Shown here in pieces: positions 20,611 to 32,005 of a DNA stretch of 64,000 nucleotides. The notes below the pieces were generated by a model that ran no database searches, was not told where the DNA came from, and worked only from the letters and a program-made list of their open reading frames with translations. The translations under genes and the position numbers were made by a program. The DNA comes from Alphaproteobacteria bacterium (GTDB lineage: Bacteria; Pseudomonadota; Alphaproteobacteria; G965222575): contig OZ244958.1 of the NCBI GenBank assembly GCA_965222575.1, positions 352,001 to 416,000 of the forward strand. Direction: 5' to 3'. The stretch's first letter is position 1. Every line of letters begins with the position of its first letter.

Positions 20611-22408
20611 CGGTGCTCATGACTTTCCAAAAGACATCTTTTGGCAGTTGAATCTTTGCTAATGAGCGCATTTTTGTTTTTCCAGCTTTTTGTTTTTTTA
20701 GCAATTTTTGCTTTCTTGTCACATCACCGCCATAACATTTAGCGGTGACATCCTTTCTCAAGGCTTTCAGGGTTTCACGGGCAATAATTTTGCCCCCGCA
20801 CGCCGCTTGTAAAACCACCTGTACCAATTGTCTCGGAATCAAGGTCTTCAATTTCGCACACAACCGCCGCCCCTCCAAAGCCGCCTTCTCCTTATGCAAC
20901 ACCACGCTTAAAGCGTCAACCTCAACCCCATTCATCAGAATACGCACAAAAGCAAGGTCTGTCTTGCGATACCCAATAGGCTTATAATCCAAACTCGCAT
21001 AGCCACGCGTCTTGCTCTTAAGCTCATCAGTAAAATCAAAAACCATTTCACTCAAAGGAAGTTCATAAAGCATCACAACACGTTCCCCAATATAGTCTAT
21101 TTTCAGTTGTTTTGCACGGCGCGTTTGACACAACGTCATCACCGAACCTATAAAATCCTGCGGAAGTATAAGAGACACTTTCACCCAAGGCTCATAGAAA
21201 GACTCAACAGAAGAAGGGTTAGGAAAATCAGCAGGGCTACAGATTTCTTTCTCTTGTTGGTTTCTAAACAGCGCACGATACACAACAGTGGGATACGTCA
21301 CCATCAACGGAAGGTGAAACTCCCTGTCCAGCCGCGTGCGAATAATATCCAAGTGTAAAAGCCCCAAAAATCCACACCGAAACCCATTGCCTAACGCCTT
21401 AGAAGACAAAGGCTCAAAGGAGAAACTCGCGTCATTTAACGCCAATTTGTGCAAGGCCTTTTTCAAAGCGTCCCACTTTGCAGTGTCCACCGGAAAAAAG
21501 CCACAAAACACAACAGGAGAAGAAGGCTTAAAGCCCGGGGCAGGCAACGCACGCCTTTGCTCCTCTGTCACCGTATCCCCAACCGCCGCATGGGTTATGG
21601 CCCTCACACCCGCAACAAAAAACCCTATCTCTCCAGCCTCTAAAGACTCAACAGAGGTCTTCAAAGGAGTAAAAACCCCCACCTTCTCAACAGTATAAAC
21701 CGCTCCCGTAGACAAAAAAACTATCCCCATGCCACGGCGTAACACCCCCTCCTTTACCCGCACCAACACCACAACCCCTAAATATACATCATACCAACAC
21801 GCAATAATCAAAGCACACAAAGCCCCACTCGTATCCCCAACAGGAGAAGGAATACGACGCACAATAGCCCCCAAAACCTCCTCTATTCCTTGCCCCAATT
21901 TAGCGGAAATCTTCAACGCCTGCTGCTCACCACTACCAACACACAACCCCAAACTCTCCTCAACCTCCCCCACAACCCGCTCATAAGAAGCCGCCGATAA
22001 ATCCATCTTATTCAATACCAAAATCAGTTCATGATTATGCTCCATGGCTGCGTAAGCATGAGAAAGCGTCTGAGCCTGAACACCCTGAGAGGCATCCACC
22101 AACAATAAAGACCCCTCACACGCTCCCAAAGACCGACTAACCTCATAGGAAAAATCTACATGTCCCGGCGTATCAATTAAATTCAGTACATACTCCACAC
22201 CGCCAAGAGAATAGGTGAGCCTCACCGTTTGCGCTTTGATTGTAATGCCCCTCTCCCGCTCTAAATCCATAGAATCCAACACCTGATTCACCATAGATCG
22301 ACTATCCAACCCCCCACAGCGCTCAATCATTCTATCCGCAAGAGTGGATTTTCCATGATCCACATGGGCAATAATGGCAAAATTTCGTATCCTATCAGAC
22401 GCCACCAC
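20603..22408 (-). CDS. lepA: Elongation factor 4
   Basis: IRNFAIIAHVDHGKSTLADR, KDVTAKCYGGDVTRKQKLL. Confidence 0.97.
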   Translation of the reverse strand: MVASDRIRNFAIIAHVDHGKSTLADRMIERCGGLDSRSMVNQVLDSMDLERERGITIKAQTVRLTYSLGGVEYVLNLIDTPGHVDFSYEVSRSLGACEGSLLLVDASQGVQAQTLSHAYAAMEHNHELILVLNKMDLSAASYERVVGEVEESLGLCVGSGEQQALKISAKLGQGIEEVLGAIVRRIPSPVGDTSGALCALIIACWYDVYLGVVVLVRVKEGVLRRGMGIVFLSTGAVYTVEKVGVFTPLKTSVESLEAGEIGFFVAGVRAITHAAVGDTVTEEQRRALPAPGFKPSSPVVFCGFFPVDTAKWDALKKALHKLALNDASFSFEPLSSKALGNGFRCGFLGLLHLDIIRTRLDREFHLPLMVTYPTVVYRALFRNQQEKEICSPADFPNPSSVESFYEPWVKVSLILPQDFIGSVMTLCQTRRAKQLKIDYIGERVVMLYELPLSEMVFDFTDELKSKTRGYASLDYKPIGYRKTDLAFVRILMNGVEVDALSVVLHKEKAALEGRRLCAKLKTLIPRQLVQVVLQAACGGKIIARETLKALRKDVTAKCYGGDVTRKQKLLKKQKAGKTKMRSLAKIQLPKDVFWKVMSTDD

Positions 22409-22569
22409 TACTTCCTCTCCTCAACCTCCCGCACCCACCCGCAAATAAAAAGCCGCACCATACCCTCCATAGAGTCCAACACCAAAATCCAATGTCCCGC
22501 ACGGAAGACTGGTAGTTGACAGAGAGAACCATTTCGAACACTTGACCCAGAGTATTTTGACTCTTCTGG

Positions 22570-24993
22570 TTATACACATTCTTTCTTCTCTTCCTCTTTT
22601 CTGAGAACACCGCCGTACAGCTTTTTGATGCGTTGGCATAACTGCTTGGAAAATCCTTCTATATCGTCTCCCGTCAAGGTACGTGCGGAAGATTGGTACT
22701 TGACAGACAGCGCCAAAGAATACTGACCACTTGACTTCAACATTTCGTTTTCATACACATCAAAGACAGAGACTTGTACCACAAAGGGAGAAAGCGTCTC
22801 TGTAGTTTTCACCACTTTTTCTACGGGAATATGTTTTGGCAAGAGGAAGGCAAAGTCGCGTTTGCTTGCCGGGAACGATGAGATTTTGGGGGGCGAAGGG
22901 GGGGAAGATTGCACAGGCAAGCGGTCAAGGCAAAGTTCAAAACAGCCGCCGCTAGGCCCTACTAATTCTTGGAGTCGCGGATGGAAAAGCCCAAAGACTC
23001 CCACCACATTGTTGTCCCCCTCAATCAAGAAAGCCCCTGCCCCGGGGTGAAGCCATGAAGGAAGTGAAGAGCGCCGAAAGCGAATATTTTGACATCCAAA
23101 GGCCTCTAGTACGGTCTCCACATCAGCTTTAATATCAAAGACATCCCCATGACGTGCCGTCTCATTCCAGATGCGCTCCTTGAAGAGACCACCTCTTAAG
23201 CCACTACAGAAAAGGACTTGCTCCTCCGCTTCCATCCCAAAATAGCCGCCCCCCACTTCAAAGATTCCAAAGCGTTCTTGTTGTCTGTCTCTGTTGTACA
23301 TCGCAACCTTCACCAGCGACGGAATAAGAGACCGACGCATGACAGATAAGTCTTCACTGATAGGATTCTCTACGACCACAGGTTCATTTTGCGGCATGAG
23401 CCATCCCTGATAAGTCTCATCCAGCGCCTTTGAGATAAAGGAATAGCTCACCACTTCATGCAGTCCGCGCACAGCGAGACAGCGGCGGATGTGCCTACTA
23501 GCCCCTTGTTTTGGCGTGAGAAAAGCACAAGAAGGCTCTTTGTGCGGCAGAGGGACTGCTAGCAAGTGCTCATAGCCCTGTATACGCGCAATATCTTCCA
23601 CAATATCTTCCTTCAAATGACAATGGGGACGAAAGGAAGGCGGGGTGACTTGCCAAATGGGTTTTTGTTCTTTTATCTGAAAGCCTAGTGCTTTCAAAAT
23701 CGTCTGTTGTGTTTTGTTAGCAATTTTTGTACCGAGGAGGCGGGCAGCTGTATTGGGGTCATAGGCAATAGGGGATAAAGAGGGAATCTGTCCCAAAGAG
23801 ACCACTTCAGTTGGTTTTCCGCCACACAGAGTCCTCACCATATGAACAGCTCTTTTAAGAGCTGTTGTGACAAAGGCGGGGTCGGTTGCACGTTCAAAGC
23901 GTGTGCGAGATTCTGTGATAATGGACAGGCTACGTCCTGTGCGTGCTATGGATTCCGGAAGAAAGTAAGCGGCTTCTATGAGCAGGTCTTTTGTATCAAG
24001 GTCACACTTAGTGGTAGCACCGCCTAAGACTCCTGCTAGACTGATAACTCCTGTGTCATCACAAATCAGACAAGCTCCTTCAGGACAGGTATAGCGCTCT
24101 TCATCAAGACCTAAAAATTGCTCCCCCCCAGAGGCAATTTTCAAGCGGAGATTCCCTTTGATTTTGTTGGCGTCAAAGGCATGTAGCGGTTGTCCTGTAT
24201 CCATCATGGTAAAATTCATACAATCCACAACGGAGGAAATGGAAGAAAGTCCTATGGTGCGTAAGCGATTTTTCAGCCACTGCGGGGAGGGGCTATTGGT
24301 CACGCCTTTTATGCCTTGAAGGCAAAAGAAATCGCAAGGCGGGGGCTTTTGGGAAGGGAAATCTGCTGTAACGCCTATAGTAGGAGCGGAAAAGGACGGC
24401 ACATCAAGGGGCTTAAGAGGGATTAAAGTCCCCAACCCAGCCGCAGCCAGTTCCCGTGCTATACCATGAATATTGAGACCATAAGGTCTATTGGGTGTCA
24501 CTTCTATGTCAATGATAACATCACTCTCTATGAAGTCCGCAAATGCCGCACCGGAAGAAGCCCCTTCAAGTTCCATAATGCCCTCTCCTTCCAAAGAGAG
24601 GCTTAATTCTTGCTCAGAGCACAGCATACCAAAGCACCGGACGCCGCGAATACGTGCCTCTCTTATAGGCATCTTATTCCCGGGCAGACAAGCTCCAACA
24701 GGGGCATAAACAGAGGTTAACCCCTCCACAACATTCCCCGCCCCACACACCACAGACACAATGTTTTCACCGCCAAGATGAACCTTGCAAATTTTCAATC
24801 TATCAGCAGCAGGGTGCGGGGAGACTTCGAGAATTTTCCCTATGAGAAAATGCCGATACAGCTCTTGTTCATACAGAATGCTCTCCACATCAAAGCCAAT
24901 ACGGCAAAGTGTTGCGGTGATTTTTTCCACATCATCTTCCCCCTCCAAATGCTGCTTGAGCCAACGAAGAGGGATTTTCATAGGGACCTCCAA
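22570..24993 (-). CDS. pheT: Phenylalanine--tRNA ligase beta subunit
   Basis: HPAADRL, VTPNRP, SRTRFER, SKRDFAF; follows pheS; true start probably MKIPLRWL at about 24981. Confidence 0.95.
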   Translation of the reverse strand: MEVPMKIPLRWLKQHLEGEDDVEKITATLCRIGFDVESILYEQELYRHFLIGKILEVSPHPAADRLKICKVHLGGENIVSVVCGAGNVVEGLTSVYAPVGACLPGNKMPIREARIRGVRCFGMLCSEQELSLSLEGEGIMELEGASSGAAFADFIESDVIIDIEVTPNRPYGLNIHGIARELAAAGLGTLIPLKPLDVPSFSAPTIGVTADFPSQKPPPCDFFCLQGIKGVTNSPSPQWLKNRLRTIGLSSISSVVDCMNFTMMDTGQPLHAFDANKIKGNLRLKIASGGEQFLGLDEERYTCPEGACLICDDTGVISLAGVLGGATTKCDLDTKDLLIEAAYFLPESIARTGRSLSIITESRTRFERATDPAFVTTALKRAVHMVRTLCGGKPTEVVSLGQIPSLSPIAYDPNTAARLLGTKIANKTQQTILKALGFQIKEQKPIWQVTPPSFRPHCHLKEDIVEDIARIQGYEHLLAVPLPHKEPSCAFLTPKQGASRHIRRCLAVRGLHEVVSYSFISKALDETYQGWLMPQNEPVVVENPISEDLSVMRRSLIPSLVKVAMYNRDRQQERFGIFEVGGGYFGMEAEEQVLFCSGLRGGLFKERIWNETARHGDVFDIKADVETVLEAFGCQNIRFRRSSLPSWLHPGAGAFLIEGDNNVVGVFGLFHPRLQELVGPSGGCFELCLDRLPVQSSPPSPPKISSFPASKRDFAFLLPKHIPVEKVVKTTETLSPFVVQVSVFDVYENEMLKSSGQYSLALSVKYQSSARTLTGDDIEGFSKQLCQRIKKLYGGVLRKEEEKKECV

Positions 24994-26093
24994 TAGGCAG
25001 AAAGAGCCGGAATATCCAGAGGAGAAAAGCCTGCCTGCTCACACCACCGACTATCTCCTTGAAACAGCGTCCTTAAGTCTTCAATGCCCCCTTTAAGAAG
25101 CGCTAACCTGTCTAGTCCCATGCCAAAAGCCATGCCCTGATAAGAACCATTCCCTAAGCCTACTGCCTCTAAAACACGGGGGTGTACCATGCCACAACCC
25201 AGAACCTCCATCCAGTGTTCACAACCGCCTATGGTAAGACAGCCCTCGTGCAGGCTATACCCCACATCAACTTCCGCAGAAGGCGTGGTAAAGGGGAAAA
25301 AGCTTGGTCTAAATCTCAAAGAGAGCGACTCCACCTGAAAAAAATCCTTCAGCACAGTGAGTAAGGTGTGTTTTAAGTGTCCCATATGAATCCCGTCCTC
25401 AACAATGAGTCCTTCTATCTGATGAAACATAGGCGTATGTGTTTGGTCGGTATCACTTCTGAAGGCACGCCCACAAGCTACAATACGGTGCGGAGGCACA
25501 TGAGTTTTCATCCAACGTATTTGTACAGGAGAGGTATGTGTACGCAAAAGCTTCCATTGGACAGAAGCTCCTTTTTGGCGCACATAGAAGGTATCCATCT
25601 CTTCTCTTGCCGGGTGAAAAGGAGAAAAATTCAAGGCACTGAAGTTATGATAGTCGTCTTCTATCTCCGGTCCCTCGGCTAAAGTAAACCCAAGCTTTTC
25701 AAAGCTTACAAATAACATCTCTGTCACTTGCGTAAGGGGGTGAAGAGACCCTTTCAGTCCATGTCGGGCAGGAAGAGACAAATCAATCTGTTCCTTCACC
25801 AGTTTTTCCTCTAAAACCTTTTCTTGGAGAGCGACTGTCTTCTCCTTTAAGGCAGAGACAAGGGATTGCCGAATACAATTGAGCAGCTGGCCATAGCGGT
25901 GTTTGTCCTGTTCTGTAAGTCCTTTTATCTCTTGAAACCACTCCCGCAGTTGAGAGCGTTTCCCAAAGGTCTTATATCGCAGGCTTTCACAGTCTTCAAG
26001 CGTTTTCGCTCCTTTTATCTGGCCTTTGATTTCTTGCTGAAACGCTTCCAAAATCTCGGTAGAAAAAGAAGGGGGCACAAGTTTACTTGACAC
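24978..26093 (-). CDS. pheS: Phenylalanine--tRNA ligase alpha subunit
   Basis: [37 protein letters not shown]. Confidence 0.97.
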   Translation of the reverse strand: MSSKLVPPSFSTEILEAFQQEIKGQIKGAKTLEDCESLRYKTFGKRSQLREWFQEIKGLTEQDKHRYGQLLNCIRQSLVSALKEKTVALQEKVLEEKLVKEQIDLSLPARHGLKGSLHPLTQVTEMLFVSFEKLGFTLAEGPEIEDDYHNFSALNFSPFHPAREEMDTFYVRQKGASVQWKLLRTHTSPVQIRWMKTHVPPHRIVACGRAFRSDTDQTHTPMFHQIEGLIVEDGIHMGHLKHTLLTVLKDFFQVESLSLRFRPSFFPFTTPSAEVDVGYSLHEGCLTIGGCEHWMEVLGCGMVHPRVLEAVGLGNGSYQGMAFGMGLDRLALLKGGIEDLRTLFQGDSRWCEQAGFSPLDIPALSAYWRSL

Positions 26094-26442
26094 CTTTTGT
26101 CACTTGTCCAATCAGCGCTAAAAAATCCTCCCCCTCCGATACAGCAATCTCAGACAACATTTTCCTGTTCAGTCTCAAGCCTTTTTGTTTCAACTCATAA
26201 ATAAAACGACAATAGGTCATCCCATGAAGACGGCACGCTGCATTAATCCTTTGTATCCACAGAGCGCGAAAAGTGCGCTTTTTCGCCTTCCTATCCCTAA
26301 ACGCATACTGCCTTGCCCGCTCCACCGCTTGATGCGCAATGCGAAAGGTATTCTTACGCCGACCATAATACCCCTTCGCTGCCTTAAGTACACGCTTATG
26401 GCGCTTATGCCGAACAACTCCCCTTTTCACACGCGTCATCAC
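26083..26442 (-). CDS. rplT: 50S ribosomal protein L20
   Basis: TRVKRGV...[10 protein letters not shown]...[12 protein letters not shown]. Confidence 0.97.
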   Translation of the reverse strand: MMTRVKRGVVRHKRHKRVLKAAKGYYGRRKNTFRIAHQAVERARQYAFRDRKAKKRTFRALWIQRINAACRLHGMTYCRFIYELKQKGLRLNRKMLSEIAVSEGEDFLALIGQVTKGVK

Positions 26443-26463
26443 ACTCCTCCTGTACTCAACAAA

Positions 26464-26664
26464 CTAAAACCGCGGTAAAAAATACTGCTTTATCACTTTT
26501 TCATCCACCTTAGAGACCAAAGTCCCACGGCGCAAGTTGCGATTCTGCTTACTGCTCTTCTTTATCATACCATGCCGCTTCCCACTCTGGGAACGCTTAA
26601 TCAGTCCACTAGCCGTATAAGAAAACCTCTTAGCCGCACTCTTTTTTGTCTTAAGTTTTGACAT
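26464..26664 (-). CDS. rpmI: 50S ribosomal protein L35
   Basis: KLKTKKSAAKRF...KRHGMIKK; upstream of rplT. Confidence 0.95.
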   Translation of the reverse strand: MSKLKTKKSAAKRFSYTASGLIKRSQSGKRHGMIKKSSKQNRNLRRGTLVSKVDEKVIKQYFLPRF

Positions 26665-26835
26665 ACTGCACTACACCCCACCTCTTCCTTAATGCCTGCG
26701 CACCCACAATTTCCGATAAAAGACTCAAGCCTATAGCCTATCTTTCTCACCCAAAAGATTCAAGAGGTTTCCCAAGATTCTTCTCACCCCCCTTTTCCTT
26801 TACTGACACTGAAAAGAGCTTAAGAGACAAAAGGC

Positions 26836-28544
26836 TTAGAGGCAGGGAGCAGGCAGGGGCAACCCATCCACAATCTTGATGGTGATAGCACCCCTATAGT
26901 CAAGTCGTAGCTGTCCAATCAGTGTGAGTTTTTCCCCTACTGCCGTCGCCAAAGCTTCTCCCCAAGGGGTTGTGTTCACAGAAAAGGCAACAGCACCGAC
27001 TTTGGTATTATCCTTTTCCAAGCTTAAGAACAAGTGCTGCTCTCCAAAGGGTTTGATGTGTGTAACAGTTACAGAGGAAAACAAAAACAAAGGTTCCGGG
27101 AATTTTTGTCCGTAAGGGGCTAAGGAGCGAATGAGTTGCCATAGGCTTGGTGTAAGCTGTATAAGGTCTAAAGGGGCATCTATGAGGTTCGGAGAGGCGG
27201 GCGGTTGTGTGAACCGTGCACTCAGAAAGTCTCGAAGCACCCCTATGGTTCCTGTTTTTGTCGTGAGGCCGGCGGCCATGGCGTGTCCACCGGCTGTGCG
27301 GATTAAGCCTTGTTCTTGCGCTTCATTCAGTGCTTCTCCTAGATGAAATCCCCTAATGGAACGCCCTGAGCCTTTATCTCCTTCTTGTGCCGTATCACCC
27401 TCTCCTTTTGCTGCAATAACCACAGCAGGGCGATGATAGCGCCTCATAAGCCGTTGTGCTACAAGCCCCGTAACCCCCGGATGAATATCAGCCGCTACAA
27501 CCAAAACAGGGGTGTGCTGTAAACAGGCTAAGGCTTTCTCCGTTCCTTCTTGTTGTAATTGCTTGCGTATCGTATTGGTCTCTTTGAGTTTTTGACTCCA
27601 CAAAAATCGTTCAGAATCATCAGTTGTCAACAAGAAATTCAGTCCCTCCATAGGCTTGCCTAAACGCCCACTAGCATTTAAGACAGGGCCCATAAAAAAC
27701 GCCATGCTCTCCTCTGTGATTGGTCTATCACCAGCTAGTACCTGTAATCCTTTATTGCCAAGTCCTTTGTTCAATAATTCCAACCCTTGCGCAACATAAG
27801 CTCTATTCATCCCCCGCATTGGCACCATATCACAAACAGTCGCCATAGCCACTAAGTCTAACCGCTGAAGCAAATCAGGAAGATTCTTGAATCCCCCTTC
27901 CCGTAGCTTGCGATTCAAAGCCACCAAAGCAAAAACACTACCCCCGCAGCGGCTAGGTGGTCAAGAGCGCTTTCATCCCCTTCTTGATTAGGATTCACCA
28001 CAAGACAGGACGCTAATGCGCTCTTAGAACAGTAGTGGTGGTCGCATACAATCACCTCCATGCCACAAGCCATCGCCATCCGCACAGCCACTCTATCCGT
28101 AGAACCGCAGTCCATAGCAAGACACAATGTCACCCCACGCTTCTTTCGAAAATCCTCTAATACCTCTCCCCTAAGACCGTACCCTTGCGAAATCCTGCTC
28201 GGAATATAAAAGGAGACCTCAACACCCAACGCTCTGAAGTAGGAAACCGCCAGCGCAACACAGCTTATTCCATCTACATCATAATCGCCATATAAGAGAA
28301 TCCTTTCTCTTTTTCGCACCACTTGCTCTAAACGCGCAACCGCCTCTTCCATATGAAGTAACTCAAAAGGCTCCTTCATAAGAGACCGACAAGTAGGGTA
28401 CACAATACTCTCTCTCTCCCCCTCACTCACCCCTCTCATGGTAAGAAGCCGCTCAATGAGAGGGTCTTCCCCCTCCTCTTCCGCACCCCCCAAAGACGCA
28501 GGCAAACGCCACACCTTTCCGCCTAAAGACATCACATCACTCAC
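26836..28544 (-). CDS. recJ: ssDNA exonuclease RecJ, split by a 1-nt frameshift at about 27925
   Basis: GDYDVDG, DCGS, DHH in 27915-28544; ATVCDMVPM, NASGRL, GSGRSI, GGHAMAAG in 26836-27927; adding one T to CTTTGGTG restores VFLLLVALNR. Confidence 0.9.
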
Positions 28545-29482
28545 GCACAGCCCTCCCCCCTCCCCTCATCTCTTACCTCACGTCTCACAGACCCCTCCCA
28601 TATCATCGAATGCGATAACAAAGTCTTGCCCCGACGGCGTACGCCCTTGAGAAGACTCCCATCCGTCACCCCCGTGGCAATAAAGCAAACCTTCCCCTTA
28701 ACCATATCACTGATACCTACCTGCTTGTCCGGGTCCTCAATGCCCATCTGTAAAGCCTCAGCACGCCGCTTCCCCTCAGGAAATACCAACCGCCCCTTAA
28801 AACTTCCACTTCCGCCTTTAAGCGCCGCCGCTACCAGCACCCCCTCCGGCGCCCCCCCACACCCCATATAAACATCTACCCCAGAATCCTCTATGACCGT
28901 CACCAAAGACCCCGCAATATCCCCATCAGAAATCAAGGCGACTTTCGCACCACTCTTCTCAATCTTCCTAAGAAGACCCTCATGACGCTGCCTCTTTAAC
29001 ACGCAAATCACCAACTCAGATACGGAAACACCCTTATAAGAAGCAATCGCCTCTAAGTTCTCCTCCACTCCTCTATCCAAATCTAACATCTCCTCCGGCA
29101 CCGCCGCCACAATCTTCTCCATATAAACATCCGGCGCATGAAAAAGACTCCCACTCTCCCCAAAAGCCACCACAGTCATAGCTCCCCCTTGCCCCTCAGC
29201 AACAATCCGTGTCCCCTCCAACGGGTCAACAGCAATATCAATCCCAACCCCCCCGCACCCAAGCCTCTCCCCAATATAAAGCATAGGAGCCTTATCTCTC
29301 TCCCCCTCACCAATGACCACCCGACCATCCATGGGTAGACCATTTAAAACACACCGCATCGCCTCCACCGCCGCTCCGTCCGCTGCCTCCTTGTCACCCC
29401 TACCAACCCACTCTGATGCCGCTATAGCCGCACACTTAGAAGCTTCCAAAAACCCCAAAACTAACCCCTTCATCTCACCCAC
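28541..29482 (-). CDS. glpX: Class II fructose-1,6-bisphosphatase
   Basis: GRVVIGEGERDKAPMLYIGE, AVDPLEGT, GGAPEGV. Confidence 0.96.
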   Translation of the reverse strand: MGEMKGLVLGFLEASKCAAIAASEWVGRGDKEAADGAAVEAMRCVLNGLPMDGRVVIGEGERDKAPMLYIGERLGCGGVGIDIAVDPLEGTRIVAEGQGGAMTVVAFGESGSLFHAPDVYMEKIVAAVPEEMLDLDRGVEENLEAIASYKGVSVSELVICVLKRQRHEGLLRKIEKSGAKVALISDGDIAGSLVTVIEDSGVDVYMGCGGAPEGVLVAAALKGGSGSFKGRLVFPEGKRRAEALQMGIEDPDKQVGISDMVKGKVCFIATGVTDGSLLKGVRRRGKTLLSHSMIWEGSVRREVRDEGRGEGCA

Positions 29483-30674
29483 GCACGCCTCCTCCTATAC
29501 CTTGCCTCCTAGAAAATGCCTCCCTCGCTTCCCTATCCGTCATGGAAGATATCACATCCACAACACACCGCAATTCCTCATAAGAACTTTCCTCCTCTCT
29601 TTTTGTCTTCTCCTCCGTATAACTACGCAAAAGACCCCATACAATCTCTTTTTCCGCAGTGTCCATAGCATGTTCCGGATAAATCTCTTGCTCACAGGCA
29701 CGCAACCGTTTCAACACAGGCCATTTAGACGTATATTCCAACAGAGGCTTCCTAGGGAAAAGACCCTGATAGGTTAAAAATGTCTCTCTATTCTCTTCAA
29801 CCACCTTCAAAACTTGGTGAATGAGGTAGTCAATCACACGACTTTTATGTTTGAGAAATCTATCGGCTTTTTGTCCCACTATCGTCGGCACAGGGACTAA
29901 GTCGCGGAGAAACGCTATCACTTTGTCAAAGGAGAGTTTGTTCATCCTCCAAGCATCTTCTAAGTCACCAAGGAGATAGCAAATATCATCAGCCGCCTCC
30001 ATAAGCCACACCAAGGGATGGCGGGGAAAGCCCTTAGGAGTGTCTTCCTGTATTCCTATGGTGCGGATGATGGATTGAAAGGCTGGGGCGTCTTCTTGGA
30101 AGAGACCATATTTTTTAGAGGCGCCGTTATCTTTAGCGTGTAGGGCTTGCCAAGGATATTTTACGGAGGCTGTGAGAACTCCGCAGGTCAAAGACAGTCC
30201 TTCAAGGCGTGTTAAGATACGAAAGGTTTGGGCATTGCCATCAAAATGAAGGAATTCTGCGCGTTGCCCCTGATTCATCTTGTTGAGAAGATAGGAGTTA
30301 CGTTTAAACCATGCGCCAATGAGGAATTCTCCGTAGTGTCCGAAAGGGGGGTGTCCCACATCATGGACTAAAGCGGCTGCTGCAACAATACGTCCCACAT
30401 CAAGAGGATGAATGTCCTGATAATCCTGATGATACAGTTCGCCGACGAGATTCCCAAGGCTGCGTCCGACTCTCATGACCTCAAGAGAATGCGTAAGGCG
30501 GCGGCGGACAGTACTGTGGGCTTCGTAATCCGGAAAGACCTGTCGTTTATCGGCTAGTCGTCTGAAAGACGCAGAAAAAATAATCTTGTCAATATCCCGT
30601 GCAAAGGGCGGGCGGCGGGGGTCTTCTTGAGTGCTTTGTGCAGGAAAACGCTTCTTGGAAAAGAAATCAATCAT
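29475..30674 (-). CDS. dgt: dGTP triphosphohydrolase (HD family)
   Basis: SFRRLADKRQVF, RRLTHSLEV, HDVGHPPFGH, FDGNAQTFR, MEAADDICY. Confidence 0.9.
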   Translation of the reverse strand: MIDFFSKKRFPAQSTQEDPRRPPFARDIDKIIFSASFRRLADKRQVFPDYEAHSTVRRRLTHSLEVMRVGRSLGNLVGELYHQDYQDIHPLDVGRIVAAAALVHDVGHPPFGHYGEFLIGAWFKRNSYLLNKMNQGQRAEFLHFDGNAQTFRILTRLEGLSLTCGVLTASVKYPWQALHAKDNGASKKYGLFQEDAPAFQSIIRTIGIQEDTPKGFPRHPLVWLMEAADDICYLLGDLEDAWRMNKLSFDKVIAFLRDLVPVPTIVGQKADRFLKHKSRVIDYLIHQVLKVVEENRETFLTYQGLFPRKPLLEYTSKWPVLKRLRACEQEIYPEHAMDTAEKEIVWGLLRSYTEEKTKREEESSYEELRCVVDVISSMTDREAREAFSRRQGIGGGVRG

Positions 30675-31917
30675 GGAACTCTTCCACAGGCAGGAAACGC
30701 GCCTGTTCATCCAAGAGGCAGTATCCTTTGAAGCCCTCTTTTTTAAGCCTTTTCAGCTGTTTTTCCAACCGCTTTTCCACAGGCAGTAAAGACACTCGTT
30801 GATAGGAGCGCCGTAAGGTGTTCACTTGACGCTCCACAAGTGCCCATGGAACATCACAAGCGGGAAGAAGACAGGCGATAGTAGAGGGCTCTTCTTCCTT
30901 TGGTAGAAGATTTTCCTCTTCTATCATCTGTACAAGCCGTTCAAAGCCAATAGAAAACCCACAAGCGGGAATAGGGGCGCCTGTGAGGGAGTGTATCATC
31001 TTATCATAGCGCCCTCCGCCTCCAAGGGAGAGAGGAGAAGAAGTTGCTTGTCTCACTTCAAACATAGCCCCGGTATAATACCCCATGCCGCGCACAAGAG
31101 TAGGGGAGAACACAACATGGTGACAAGATCGCTTAAGAGCGTCTTTAATCTCAAGTAGCTCGGCAACAAGCTTTCTGATAGGGTCATTGGTAAGAAAAGG
31201 AGACCACCATTTTGTTGATTCTTCTTCTAAGAGTTTTTTGATTTTTTGACAAAAGGCAGGATTACGAGTAGTGGCTTCAAGGTCTTCTAAGAGCTGTGCG
31301 GAGGAGTATTTATCTCGCTTATCCAAAATGACGCAGACTGCCCCTTGTAGTTGTTCAGGGCATCCTAAGGTTGAGAGCATATGTTCTAAAAATTTCCGAT
31401 GGTTCAGTTCCACAGTTAGTTGTTGAAAGCCTAAGGCTTCATAAGCTTTCAACGCCGTTGTCAGCAGGTCAATTTCCGCCAAGGGAGAGGGGCCTCCTAT
31501 GATATCAATATCGCACTGGAGAAATTGTCTAAAGCGTCCTTTTTGCGGTCGTTCCGCGCGCCAAACGGGGGCGATTTGCAACGCCTTAAAGACAGCAGGC
31601 AACACCGCCCGGTGCGTCGCATAATATCTCACCAAGGGCACAGTTAAATCAAAACGCAAGCCTAAGTCCGCTAGAGACGCCTTTGTTTCAAGGGCTTTTC
31701 GTAGCTTCTCACCGCGCTTTAACACTTGAAAGGTCAGTTTGCTGGTCTGTCCCCCCCCTTGAGACAATACCTCAAGAGACTCCAAAGCAGGCGTCTGTAT
31801 CTCCCTAAACCCATGGGCTTGAAAAAGTGCGAGAATCTTCTGAATTAAGGTGTGGCGCAATGCAGTGTCTTGGGGAAGAAAATCACGCATACCCCTTGGA
31901 GGTAGTGGAGTCGTCAT
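30667..31917 (-). CDS. hisS: Histidine--tRNA ligase
   Basis: PRGMRDFLP, LRFDLTVP, RAERPQKGRFRQF, GGGRYD. Confidence 0.95.
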   Translation of the reverse strand: MTTPLPPRGMRDFLPQDTALRHTLIQKILALFQAHGFREIQTPALESLEVLSQGGGQTSKLTFQVLKRGEKLRKALETKASLADLGLRFDLTVPLVRYYATHRAVLPAVFKALQIAPVWRAERPQKGRFRQFLQCDIDIIGGPSPLAEIDLLTTALKAYEALGFQQLTVELNHRKFLEHMLSTLGCPEQLQGAVCVILDKRDKYSSAQLLEDLEATTRNPAFCQKIKKLLEEESTKWWSPFLTNDPIRKLVAELLEIKDALKRSCHHVVFSPTLVRGMGYYTGAMFEVRQATSSPLSLGGGGRYDKMIHSLTGAPIPACGFSIGFERLVQMIEEENLLPKEEEPSTIACLLPACDVPWALVERQVNTLRRSYQRVSLLPVEKRLEKQLKRLKKEGFKGYCLLDEQARFLPVEEFHD

Positions 31918-32005
31918 CAGGTAGGGGTTTTTTCTCTGTCAACACTAAGCTATAATTTTATCTCAATAGCCTGCCGTAAACAAGACTTGCCTCCCCTTAT
32001 TTCCC

